Below, in pieces: positions 40,425 to 49,229 of a DNA stretch of 64,000 bases. Each line of letters opens with the position of its first letter. Positions within the stretch are counted from its first letter, which is position 1. Source of the stretch: Candidatus Hodarchaeota archaeon. Its GTDB lineage: Archaea; Asgardarchaeota; Heimdallarchaeia; Hodarchaeales; Hodarchaeaceae. A model generated the notes under the pieces. The model was given only the letters and a program-made list of their open reading frames with translations. It did not search any database and was not told the origin of the DNA. A program made the translations under genes and the position numbers. The stretch lies in the NCBI GenBank assembly GCA_016840035.1, contig JAEOTC010000030.1, forward strand, positions 51,527 through 115,526, written 5' to 3'.

Positions 40425-40590
40425 GCCACTGTGGCTTATGAGATTTTCTATTGATCATCTCGGCAAAGCACGGTTATAGCGCCTCCTTGGTATTACTCAC
40501 GGATTTACTGATGAGAAACAAACAGGAGGATGTCGTGGGTTCAAAAAATAGCAATTTGTGGATTACTGTTTGAAATTCCCACCAGTGGCT
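40425..40590 (+). tRNA. tRNA-Thr(GGU) with three introns (about 14/15, 37/38, 59/60)
   Basis: Exons 40425-40438, 40468-40492, 40524-40545, 40577-40590 join into a cloverleaf: acceptor GCCACTG/CAGTGGC, U73, anticodon stem CCTCC/GGAGG, T-arm GTGGG-TTCAAAT-CCCAC. Confidence 0.9.
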
Positions 40591-40818
40591 TCATACTTTA
40601 CTTGATCCATCCTTTTTCTAATGGGAAAATGTCCTTAGACAAGAATTCATTCTTCTAAAAGCTTTTCTTATACATTCGATATATTTTAAAATCAAATTCG
40701 GGGTATTTACACAGATTCTCCTCCACTAGCTATTTTATCTTGTCATGATTCTGGCTTTTCAGGGAATATCAAACATCAACAAGTAATAATTTTGAGAGAA
40801 TTTATTGGAGGAATTTAT

Positions 40819-41442
40819 TTGGACTACGATAAATTAATTGAACTATGGAAAAATGAAAGATCCAATTCTTCGCTGTGCAATATTCCTAAAGACCTGTATG
40901 TTACTCTTGATGGATTTCTTGTTAATATCTCTGCTGATATTCAGCAACCAACAAATAAAAATATCGCTAATGCAGTATTAGATAGAATTTTTTTTATTAG
41001 AAAAGATATCGTTCAATTAAGGCTTGTTAAAATAGTAAATCTCGTCATTAATAATATTTCCTTTGATGAAAATGTCTTAACATGGGGGGAACGAAGAATA
41101 GCAAAAAATCTACGTCTCACGATTGAAACGATTGGCGTTGAGAAACCAAACATTTTAGATGAAATTGAAGTTTCACCCAAAATAGACCAAATTGAAAATT
41201 CTAACGTAGTTCTAGACCCCTTTAAGGAGAATAGTGAGAAAAAAACTACTGTGATTGAATATTCAACAGTCAGAATGCTTTATGATATTGAAGCGTTCAT
41301 TGGTTTGGATGAAATCTCATACGGACCATTAGAAAAAAATGATATCGTAAATCTTCCGTTAGAAAACGCAACTGCCTTGATAGCACGTGGAGTTGCTCGT
41401 CTAATAGAAACCCCCGAATTGAAAACCCCTGGTGAATCATAA
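40819..41442 (+). CDS. GINS complex subunit (Gins51/Gins15 type)
   Basis: WKNER..LCNIP..RLVKI A-domain, then B-domain FIGLD..YGPL..DIVNLP.ENA..LI..G.A; TTG 40819 after GGAGG. Confidence 0.85.
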   Translation: MDYDKLIELWKNERSNSSLCNIPKDLYVTLDGFLVNISADIQQPTNKNIANAVLDRIFFIRKDIVQLRLVKIVNLVINNISFDENVLTWGERRIAKNLRLTIETIGVEKPNILDEIEVSPKIDQIENSNVVLDPFKENSEKKTTVIEYSTVRMLYDIEAFIGLDEISYGPLEKNDIVNLPLENATALIARGVARLIETPELKTPGES

Positions 41443-41636
41443 TGAAGAAGAAATATATTCCTCAACCCCGCTCAAATTTCCTTAAAGTCTCATGTGAATG
41501 TGGAAATGTTCAGGAAATTTTTTCCCATGCAACTACACATATTAATTGTCGTGTTTGTGGGAAAGTACTTGCTGAACCTCGTTCTGGAATCACCCGACTC
41601 TTTGGAGAAGTTATTGAAATTCTAGATAATAAATAG
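41442..41636 (+). CDS. rps27e: 30S ribosomal protein S27e
   Basis: PRSNFLKVSC.CGN.Q..FSHA..C..CG..LAEP. Confidence 0.96.
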   Translation: MKKKYIPQPRSNFLKVSCECGNVQEIFSHATTHINCRVCGKVLAEPRSGITRLFGEVIEILDNK

Positions 41637-41646
41637 GTGAAATAAA

Positions 41647-42432
41647 ATGGACTCAAAATTTCCTGCAGTTGGTGAACTAGTTGTTGGATCTTGCTCAAAA
41701 GTTACACCCCATGGAGCATATTTCGAAATATTCGATTATGAAGGACTAGGAACAGAAGCAGGATTTGTTCATATTTCAGAATTGAGTCGAACTTGGGTTA
41801 GGAATATTAGAAGTCAAGTCCGCGAAGGACAAAGAGTTGTAGCGAAGATCTTGCGTATTGACTCCGCACGGGGAGAAATAGATATGTCTATTAGGAGAGT
41901 TTCAGAACCTCAGCGACGTACGAAGTTAACTGAACTGAAACAAGAGAATAGGGCTAGGGGAATCGTTGCTGTTGCTTGTGAAAAATCAGAAGTTGAAACA
42001 GAGAGAATAGAAAAAATTCTTCTTACTCAGTATGGATCTATTTATGAGGCACTTCTTCAGCTACGTGAACAATCAGTAAAAGTGTTGACAAAGATCGAAA
42101 TACCTGAAGAGGTTGCCACTATGTTGTATGATCTTGCTGTAAAAGAATTACAACCTCCTACAGTCCGTTTACTTGGAAAAATTTCCGTTACCTGTTATGA
42201 TTCGGATGGTGCTGTAGTACTTTCAAACTTCTTCAAAAAATATAAACAAACTTTTAAGAAAAAGCACAAAGGTTCAGATCTATCAATGCAAGTAATCTCT
42301 CCTCCAGATTATAGATGTACAATTGAGAGTGCTGATTGGAAAACTGCTGAAACAGTGTGGAAAAACGTCCAAAAAGAGGTTCAAGATAGCCTTAGGGGTC
42401 ATGAAATTGAAATTGCTTTCGAAAGAAAATAA
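41647..42432 (+). CDS. eif2a: Translation initiation factor aIF-2 alpha
   Basis: P.VGELV, HISELSRTWVRNIR, IDMSIRRV, PPDY. Confidence 0.95.
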   Translation: MDSKFPAVGELVVGSCSKVTPHGAYFEIFDYEGLGTEAGFVHISELSRTWVRNIRSQVREGQRVVAKILRIDSARGEIDMSIRRVSEPQRRTKLTELKQENRARGIVAVACEKSEVETERIEKILLTQYGSIYEALLQLREQSVKVLTKIEIPEEVATMLYDLAVKELQPPTVRLLGKISVTCYDSDGAVVLSNFFKKYKQTFKKKHKGSDLSMQVISPPDYRCTIESADWKTAETVWKNVQKEVQDSLRGHEIEIAFERK

Positions 42433-42460
42433 ATAACTGTGAGATAATTCTGGGATCTAA

Positions 42461-42637
42461 ATGCGTCTATTAAAAAGGTGTAATTGCAGATATACAATAG
42501 ATCAATCTCTTAAAACATGTAATTCATGTAATCATTCTTTTAAATCTGCTTATCCACCAAAATTTTCTCCACATGATAAATACGCAGAATATCGTAGACG
42601 AATGAAACAGGAAGCGAAAAACAGGGGTATCTTATGA
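42461..42637 (+). CDS. nop10: H/ACA RNP protein Nop10 (absent from the ORF track)
   Basis: MRLLKRCNCRYT..CNSC..SAYPPKFSPHDKYAEYRR; canonical position after aIF-2 alpha; ATGA overlap with next gene. Confidence 0.93.
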   Translation: MRLLKRCNCRYTIDQSLKTCNSCNHSFKSAYPPKFSPHDKYAEYRRRMKQEAKNRGIL

Positions 42638-43128
42638 CCGAACAGACTTCAGTAATCATCAGAAATTTCGAATTAAAAGACCTGGATCTTGTAATTAATA
42701 TAAATCGGAAGTGCCTGCCAGAGAACTACCCCGAAGGATTTTTTCGGACGATTTATTCTGAATGTCCCAAAGGATTCATTCTTGCTGAAGTTAATGGAAG
42801 TATTGTCGGTTATACAATGGGTCGGATTGAAAGTGGTTTGAGTCTTTTTTCCATCTTTCATAGAGCAAAAAAGGGCCATACTGTAAGTATAGCTGTTCTA
42901 CCAGAATATCGACGAAATAAAATAGCTACAAAACTGATAAACGCCTCTGCAACTGGAATGAGAGAATATGGGGCAGAAGAGCTCTTCTTAGAGGTAAGGA
43001 TGTCAAATACTGCTGCTGTTAAATTATATGAGGCTCTAGGATACAAAATCCTCAAAGAATTGCGCCATTATTACCGTGATATGGAAGGAGCATATTTAAT
43101 GGCACAAAAAGTCAAGAAAAAAGACTGA
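42634..43128 (+). CDS. Ard1/RimI N-alpha-acetyltransferase
   Basis: CLPENY, GHTVSIAVLPEYRR, LEVRMSN, YYRD.E.AY. Confidence 0.93.
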   Translation: MTEQTSVIIRNFELKDLDLVININRKCLPENYPEGFFRTIYSECPKGFILAEVNGSIVGYTMGRIESGLSLFSIFHRAKKGHTVSIAVLPEYRRNKIATKLINASATGMREYGAEELFLEVRMSNTAAVKLYEALGYKILKELRHYYRDMEGAYLMAQKVKKKD

Positions 43129-43451
43129 ACTATTTTTATTCCCTTTTAAACACTGGTAATGCACGGGAACCAAGATAATTCAATGTTGGATTGGGGTTGG
43201 ACTTTTAGGAAAGAATAAGATCTTAAATGCCTATTTACAGTAACTTCCTTTCTCTGTATGAGACGAGTTCTTGGAGTTTGGGAGGTATTTGTAAAACTAC
43301 TAGAGGAGTATTAGATAATTCTGTACACACCTGAACATAAAGCTTTAAAAGGTTTAAAATCGTTACAAATGTGAATAACGGATATTGACGATTTTAATAC
43401 GTTGAAATTGTGTGAAATAATTTCTAACAATATATTTAAGAGAAAATTAAA

Positions 43452-44453
43452 TTGGTGACTCTTGCTTTGAGAGAAAAATACCAAAACGCAAGTAATGCGC
43501 TAAATAAACTAAGTAATGCAGCTACCATTAAAGCTAAGCATCTATCTGATGTGGTTATCAAATCTTACTCACAGTTCCAAGAGATTCGATATCAGAGTGA
43601 GACTGTACCTGATATTATTATGCACTCCGATAATAAAAAATCGAATCTAAAAGAAAGTGGGGAAATTCGCGTTGCTCAGTTATTATCAGCTATTCTATGT
43701 GATCAAATAACAGAGAAATCTAATAAGTTGACGGAGGATCTTGAATTTGGAAGTATGGATCTAGATCTTCGTTCGGAAATATTAGAGCTTCGTGAACAAA
43801 TAACAAGATTGGAAGAAGTAGTACAAGTTCAAACTAAACTCGCTAATGGAGCACCAGTTTCAACCGAGGGAATTAAGAACTTGCAAAAGAAGTACGATTC
43901 CCGAATTAAACAATTAGAGAATACGCTTCTTCGACAAGAGGGACGTTCACTTACTATAACAGCGTTAGATGCAACCCAAAAACCAAAAATATTTGGAAAA
44001 GGAAAATTTATTGATAATTTAGCTGATTTAGTTCTTGAACAAGGAAAAACTCTTCGTGCTAGCGCAGGTGGTTACATTTCCATGGCAAACCTGTATACTT
44101 CGCTGAGAGATAAAGTTCCAGATATAAAATTCTCTTTGAAAGATCTAGAAAAAGCCTGTAAACAGTTAACCAAGCAATCATTAATCGAAGGGATTTCTAC
44201 TCAATCTGGAATTAAAATTGTCGAATTTACGCCAGTTTCTCTGGGAAAAGATGCTCGAAGCATATTTAATATCGCAGTTGAGAAGGGTTACGTTACAATT
44301 GAGGAAGTTATGATTCATACCAAATGGGATCAACAGCGAGTAACACGAGTATTAGATAGTCTTGTAAATCAAAATATTGCACGAAAAGTATCATCACTTG
44401 ATTCGGGAGATCAATATTACTTCCCGGGGTTATATGGAGATGATGATTGGTAG
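43452..44453 (+). CDS. ESCRT-II Vps22/Vps36-like (EAP30 domain) protein with N-terminal coiled coil
   Basis: GGYIS..LY..S.KDL.KA.K.L, P.SL..D, KGYVT..W...R...VL..L, QYYFPG tandem winged helices. Confidence 0.85.
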   Translation: MVTLALREKYQNASNALNKLSNAATIKAKHLSDVVIKSYSQFQEIRYQSETVPDIIMHSDNKKSNLKESGEIRVAQLLSAILCDQITEKSNKLTEDLEFGSMDLDLRSEILELREQITRLEEVVQVQTKLANGAPVSTEGIKNLQKKYDSRIKQLENTLLRQEGRSLTITALDATQKPKIFGKGKFIDNLADLVLEQGKTLRASAGGYISMANLYTSLRDKVPDIKFSLKDLEKACKQLTKQSLIEGISTQSGIKIVEFTPVSLGKDARSIFNIAVEKGYVTIEEVMIHTKWDQQRVTRVLDSLVNQNIARKVSSLDSGDQYYFPGLYGDDDW

Positions 44454-44462
44454 GTATAAACG

Positions 44463-45356
44463 ATGGCTGAACCAGATAAGTTTGGAGGATTATTCCGTAA
44501 AATTGGAGATACAATACATATTGGAACTAAGAAATTCAAAGGAAAAGCAATCTTAAATTCCAAGTTTGATGATACTCAAGGTACTTCATTGATTCATCGG
44601 GTGAAAGCAGAAGACAATGACAATTTCAGAAAAATTGATGGTTTTATTGTAAAAGAACCAGAAAATGCAGTCTTGTTGCAATCAGGCGTATTAATTGGGG
44701 TTGCAGGTAGTGGGATCTATGAACTCGAGAAATCTGCTAAGCACCCAGGAAGTGAAATAATATGGGTCACAAAGCGTGAATTCATCATTAAATGGGGTAC
44801 ACCAGGAATTTATACTTCGGATAATGTAATGGTCGGATGTTGGGGGATTTCTCGTATGAGAATAGTCAATCCTAGAAATTTTATAATGAATGTAGTGTCA
44901 CACAAGCAGTATTATAGCGGAGATGAGTTGAAAAACTGGGTAAAACAGACAATAATAGCAGCCGTCAAGCATGTTATGACTCGTTATACTGTCCCAGAGC
45001 TATTAAAGGAAAGAAGAAGTCTAGAGATTCAAACACGATCTGAACTAGGCCCTGAGAGTTCAAGATGGGGTTTGGAATTGGTAGGTCTAGATATTGGGGG
45101 ATTCAAAGTCCCGGAGGAATATGAAACACTCCTAACTTATGAAATTGAAAAGCAAATAATTGAAACTCGTCAAGAGCTTGCTGAAGAACGAGATCAGCTC
45201 GATAGTACTTCTGAGAAGATCAAAAAATTCGAATTAATGCTTGAACAAGCTGATGAGATGTTTCTAGCAGGAAAAATTTCTGAAAAACGCTATAAGGAAT
45301 TAACCGATAAATACTCGTCAAAACTGGCTAAATTGAAGGCACAAAATTCGCAATGA
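44463..45356 (+). CDS. SPFH/band-7 domain protein with coiled coil and SHOCT-like end
   Basis: IVKEPENAVLLQSG..G.Y, IKWGT, RWGLELV.LDI..F..PEE, GKISEKRY. Confidence 0.8.
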   Translation: MAEPDKFGGLFRKIGDTIHIGTKKFKGKAILNSKFDDTQGTSLIHRVKAEDNDNFRKIDGFIVKEPENAVLLQSGVLIGVAGSGIYELEKSAKHPGSEIIWVTKREFIIKWGTPGIYTSDNVMVGCWGISRMRIVNPRNFIMNVVSHKQYYSGDELKNWVKQTIIAAVKHVMTRYTVPELLKERRSLEIQTRSELGPESSRWGLELVGLDIGGFKVPEEYETLLTYEIEKQIIETRQELAEERDQLDSTSEKIKKFELMLEQADEMFLAGKISEKRYKELTDKYSSKLAKLKAQNSQ

Positions 45357-45366
45357 TGGTTCTTGA

Positions 45367-47124
45367 TTAACTCAATTTGAGGGAAGACCCACATTCTGGA
45401 CAAACACTCATTCCAACTGATTCCATTTCTTGATAACAACTTTGGCATACTTCAGCATTACAGAATTCACATATAAATTTTTCTTGATCGGTTTTTACCC
45501 AATTACAAACCACACATTCGAAAGAAACATAAGTTTTCCTTATTTGCAGTTGCATTTTTCTAATGCTTATGGTTCCCATAATTTTTTGATGAGTTATTAA
45601 TTTTTCAAGAATTTTTATAACCACGTCAGATGATTCACCAACAAAATCTATAATCTGATTAAGAGGGATATTCGTTACTTGACTATTCTGAATGTAGTTA
45701 ATCAATTGATTTTCAGTTGAATTAAGAGTCATGGATACTTCTTTTGGAGAAGTCCAACCTGATTTCAAAGGCCCCTGTTTACAAAAATAACATTCTTCAG
45801 TTGTCTCGAGATTATATGAAAAGGCATAAGTTAATTGACAGGAATGACAGTTTCGGGGCAAATCTATAATAAAGGCAGCAATATTTCCACAAAATGGACA
45901 TTCATGCGTACTGTCAATTTTTCTGCAGTTAGAACACATTACTCTTCTACAGTTTTGACACTCAAAGTAAATGTCGGGATTAGTATATGAGGAGGTATCA
46001 ATTTGGCAAAATATTTCCAAATTTTCAATTCCCTTAATTAAAAAAGGATTTATCGAATCTCCGGCGACTAAACGAAGTCTCAAACGAGTAGCTATATTTT
46101 TTATCAGTTTTAATAATTTTAAAACGTTTAAGTTTAATTTTGAAGCTATTCCCTCAATATCGATTCCATTGCCAAACCAGGAGATAAGTGAAATCTTTGA
46201 TAATCGATCCTGTGTCAAACTTCCACCTAAGCTTTCATTAAGAATTTCTAATAGTTTTAATAAATCATCATACGCTAAATCGAACCTTGAGACCCAGAAA
46301 TCTAAAGGAATTTCTTCATAAACATATATATCCCATAAAATTCTTGAAACAATGTCAATCGTAGAATAAATGTAATTCCCATCTTTGGAACGTATGAAGC
46401 TTATGTCTTCTCTAATTATGTCAAGTAAATCCCGAGCCTGACTATCTGATAATGCAGTGAGTCTAGAAAAATCCATAATTGAAACTTCAGATGAAACAAG
46501 AAAGCTTGTAGTAATGAATCTCTTAATTGCTTTTGTTGATCGTTCGTTTAGAGAAGGAAGGAAGAAATCAAGGTGAGTTAAGTTGTATAATCTTTGCTTA
46601 ATAGGATCAATGTATCCCCTGAAGAGATTTCTCTTAGCCATTAAGTCTAAAACAGCTTCTAACTGATCATCAGTCCAATAAAGGTGATTCAACATATAGT
46701 CGAGATCGTGGGAAGGGTTTTTTCCAATGTACTTTGTAATGAACACAATCGCTCCTGATGGTGTAAAAAATCTGCGTTTAATTATATCAAAAAAACCTTC
46801 AATTTGTTGAACGTAATCATAAATAACAGGTTCTAGTAATTTTCCATCTATATTCATTATGTCTATTAGCTCACAGATATCAACCATCCCTCCAGTATCA
46901 AGAAACTGTTGAATTTTTTTATTAAGATAAGATTTTGGAATAAAATAGACATTATTGTAGTCTAGAAGACCATTTAATTCTTGTTGCTGTATTTTGTCGT
47001 ATATAAATGCAATTAGCTTCATTTTATCAGTTTCGGAAGAAAAATCACTGAGCCGAATAGGTGATTGTGCCGTCGAAACTGCTTGTAACCATTTTGACCT
47101 CTTACGTCTTTGCATTTTGCACAA
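45367..47124 (-). CDS. Winged-helix/PCI-repeat protein with two RING-like Cys clusters; candidate E3 ligase
   Basis: Repeated wH units; CQID..CQNC..CSNC..CPFC; Zn ribbon CHSC..CYFC; PCI-like wH; terminal CVVC..CEFC..CQSC..CPEC. Confidence 0.65.
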   Translation of the reverse strand: MCKMQRRKRSKWLQAVSTAQSPIRLSDFSSETDKMKLIAFIYDKIQQQELNGLLDYNNVYFIPKSYLNKKIQQFLDTGGMVDICELIDIMNIDGKLLEPVIYDYVQQIEGFFDIIKRRFFTPSGAIVFITKYIGKNPSHDLDYMLNHLYWTDDQLEAVLDLMAKRNLFRGYIDPIKQRLYNLTHLDFFLPSLNERSTKAIKRFITTSFLVSSEVSIMDFSRLTALSDSQARDLLDIIREDISFIRSKDGNYIYSTIDIVSRILWDIYVYEEIPLDFWVSRFDLAYDDLLKLLEILNESLGGSLTQDRLSKISLISWFGNGIDIEGIASKLNLNVLKLLKLIKNIATRLRLRLVAGDSINPFLIKGIENLEIFCQIDTSSYTNPDIYFECQNCRRVMCSNCRKIDSTHECPFCGNIAAFIIDLPRNCHSCQLTYAFSYNLETTEECYFCKQGPLKSGWTSPKEVSMTLNSTENQLINYIQNSQVTNIPLNQIIDFVGESSDVVIKILEKLITHQKIMGTISIRKMQLQIRKTYVSFECVVCNWVKTDQEKFICEFCNAEVCQSCYQEMESVGMSVCPECGSSLKLS

Positions 47125-47276
47125 CCACGAGTTAATTAAACGAGGGAGGAAAATTGATTTTTATATCATTTACCCCCCCAAAAAAATGAATCGAAAACTA
47201 TATTTAATATTGATATTCTAGATAGTAAGAACGGAAAATATATAATCGAAGATATTAAGTTGTGTGCTGCTACTAA

Positions 47277-47609
47277 GTGAAAGAAACTAAGTTTAAATGC
47301 CAATTTTGTGGGTATGTTCCTCATTCACATGAACAACCTGGCACAGGTTCTTGGTATTGTCCTAGATGTGGAAAAAGAACAACAATTCGACTAAATGTCC
47401 CACGACCAAAGAAATTCAGTCAAAAACCTCCCCAATCTCGTCAAATCTCTCGTGATCAAATTTCTAGTAAGATTTACAATGAACTTACGAAAGGAAAGGG
47501 CCCAGAATTTGGTTTGAAAGAACCTTACATCAAACCAATGATCCAACCAATAAAACCCAAGATAAGAAAAGAGGTTAGAATTTTTTCTCCTTCAAATAAT
47601 AATGATTAA
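47277..47609 (+). CDS. Small Zn-ribbon protein with disordered basic tail
   Basis: CQFCG..WYCPRCG. Confidence 0.65.
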   Translation: MKETKFKCQFCGYVPHSHEQPGTGSWYCPRCGKRTTIRLNVPRPKKFSQKPPQSRQISRDQISSKIYNELTKGKGPEFGLKEPYIKPMIQPIKPKIRKEVRIFSPSNNND

Positions 47610-48856
47610 CTTTTTTTTGTTTTGAATCTAATAATAATTCTCTTCTCATCATCGTCAATTAAAGAACTGACGGTTATACGATCTCGATCTTTTAGAATCT
47701 CTCCTACCGGAACATCACCTGGAATTAATGTATTTCCTCTGAACCCGATGAAATCTTTCTTGAATTTTCGTTTTAATACGGTAAAGATGGTTCTACATTT
47801 TGATTTAGGATTAATATTAATTGTAGTCGGATTTTGGCAATACATAGAGGAATCTCCGCAAACCAAGCATTCTGGATCCTTTTTCAAATCAAACGAATTA
47901 ATAGTGCCAGTTAATGCCGAATATATTGTCAAATCAGGAATTCGGAATCGTTCTGAATCAATTAGGGTCTGGAAATACTTTCGACTTTTTTCTGGAAAAT
48001 GGTTCAATTTATCTAGAAAGAGAGTTTTAATAATTTCTTGTGATTGAATTCCACTGGTTACTGCATTAACTGTAATTAAGCTGGGAACATGGTACAATAC
48101 AGTTTGTATAACCTCTTTTTCATCAAAAAGAGGAAAATTATATTTTGATGCACTTTCATTTGCGAGTTTTGTCAGTTTGAGTGCATCTTCAGAGGAATTT
48201 TCATCAGGTTCCCTTTCATTGAGAGTATGAAATTCGTAAAGAGCTTTCCATGCACAGTGCTCCCTAATTCTAGGAGTTCCTACAAGTGTACATGGAGCAG
48301 TTAAAAGACGTGTTTCTTCTGGTGGATGAGGGGAATCACATGCTAAACATGCGGTGTTCTTAACATCAATACTTTGTACTTGTCCAAAATAACCATCAGT
48401 TGCAGAATCTATAAACGGTAAAGACAGTTCTATTGCATGTTCGTTAATATATTGACGTGCCAGAAAATTATCAACACATCCAGAAATAATGTCAGCCTCC
48501 TCAAATATACTGAAAGGTAACGATTGAATAGTGTCAGAATATGCGTCAATATCAATGGAAGAATTAAATCGATCTTTGATTACTTCCTTTGCAACACGAG
48601 CTTTATTTTTTCCAATATCAGATCGGGAAAATAGCAATTGCCTATTCAGATTCGAAAATTCAATAGTATCCATATCAACAAGTATCAACTTTCCAATACC
48701 AAGTAATGCTAAATTCTTAGCTACTTCCCCCCCAGTGCCTCCAAGCCCAATAATCAGCACACAACTATCTTCGATTATACTCTGATCCCAGATGGAGAGT
48801 CGTTCCTGGCGATCAAATACAGAATCTGAGGGAATCGAGTTCATTGAGATTTCCAT
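47606..48856 (-). CDS. Ubiquitin-like activating enzyme E1 (eukaryote-like UBA3/UBA2 type)
   Basis: FDRQ, GLGGTG, DMDTIEFSNLNRQ, catalytic PCTLVGTPRIREHC, CxxC pairs, C-terminal ubiquitin-fold-like domain. Confidence 0.92.
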   Translation of the reverse strand: MEISMNSIPSDSVFDRQERLSIWDQSIIEDSCVLIIGLGGTGGEVAKNLALLGIGKLILVDMDTIEFSNLNRQLLFSRSDIGKNKARVAKEVIKDRFNSSIDIDAYSDTIQSLPFSIFEEADIISGCVDNFLARQYINEHAIELSLPFIDSATDGYFGQVQSIDVKNTACLACDSPHPPEETRLLTAPCTLVGTPRIREHCAWKALYEFHTLNEREPDENSSEDALKLTKLANESASKYNFPLFDEKEVIQTVLYHVPSLITVNAVTSGIQSQEIIKTLFLDKLNHFPEKSRKYFQTLIDSERFRIPDLTIYSALTGTINSFDLKKDPECLVCGDSSMYCQNPTTININPKSKCRTIFTVLKRKFKKDFIGFRGNTLIPGDVPVGEILKDRDRITVSSLIDDDEKRIIIRFKTKKS

Positions 48857-48879
48857 TAGTAGAAAGAGAGTGGAGGAGA

Positions 48880-49209
48880 TTATCCCCCTTTTATCTGATC
48901 AGGAACTATCATCAGAAGAGCGTTTTCTTCAATATTGTATGAAGCAAGATTATTTGATGGATTCATCCTTCGTCCTTTAAATAAAAGTGCAATTGGTACA
49001 ACTTCAGGAATATTAAAAGCATCACGAGCCGCAGAAAGTGCTTGAAACACTGTGCCGTTAATATTGATGTACTTTTCACGAATATTTTGATCGGGTGGAA
49101 GTTGTGGATCCTTAAAGCGGACTTTTATCATACGTTCAATAGTATCCGATGGTGTCCCCGGGGAGCTGACATTTGAGTCCCAGACCACATCTTTTTTTCG
49201 ATTACTCAT
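48880..49209 (-). CDS. Ubiquitin-like modifier ending in GG, with N-terminal extension
   Basis: Beta-grasp pattern (IKVRFK, LLFKGRRM, LASYNIEE), C-terminal KGG-stop, adjacent to E1; ATG 49209 after AGGTGA. Confidence 0.88.
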   Translation of the reverse strand: MSNRKKDVVWDSNVSSPGTPSDTIERMIKVRFKDPQLPPDQNIREKYININGTVFQALSAARDAFNIPEVVPIALLFKGRRMNPSNNLASYNIEENALLMIVPDQIKGG

Positions 49210-49229
49210 TTTTTTCACCTTGCTTGTCC

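Noticed and set aside
43235-43330. 31-codon minus-strand GTG ORF or ncRNA in the ard1-vps22 gap
   Set aside because: No motif or convincing structure
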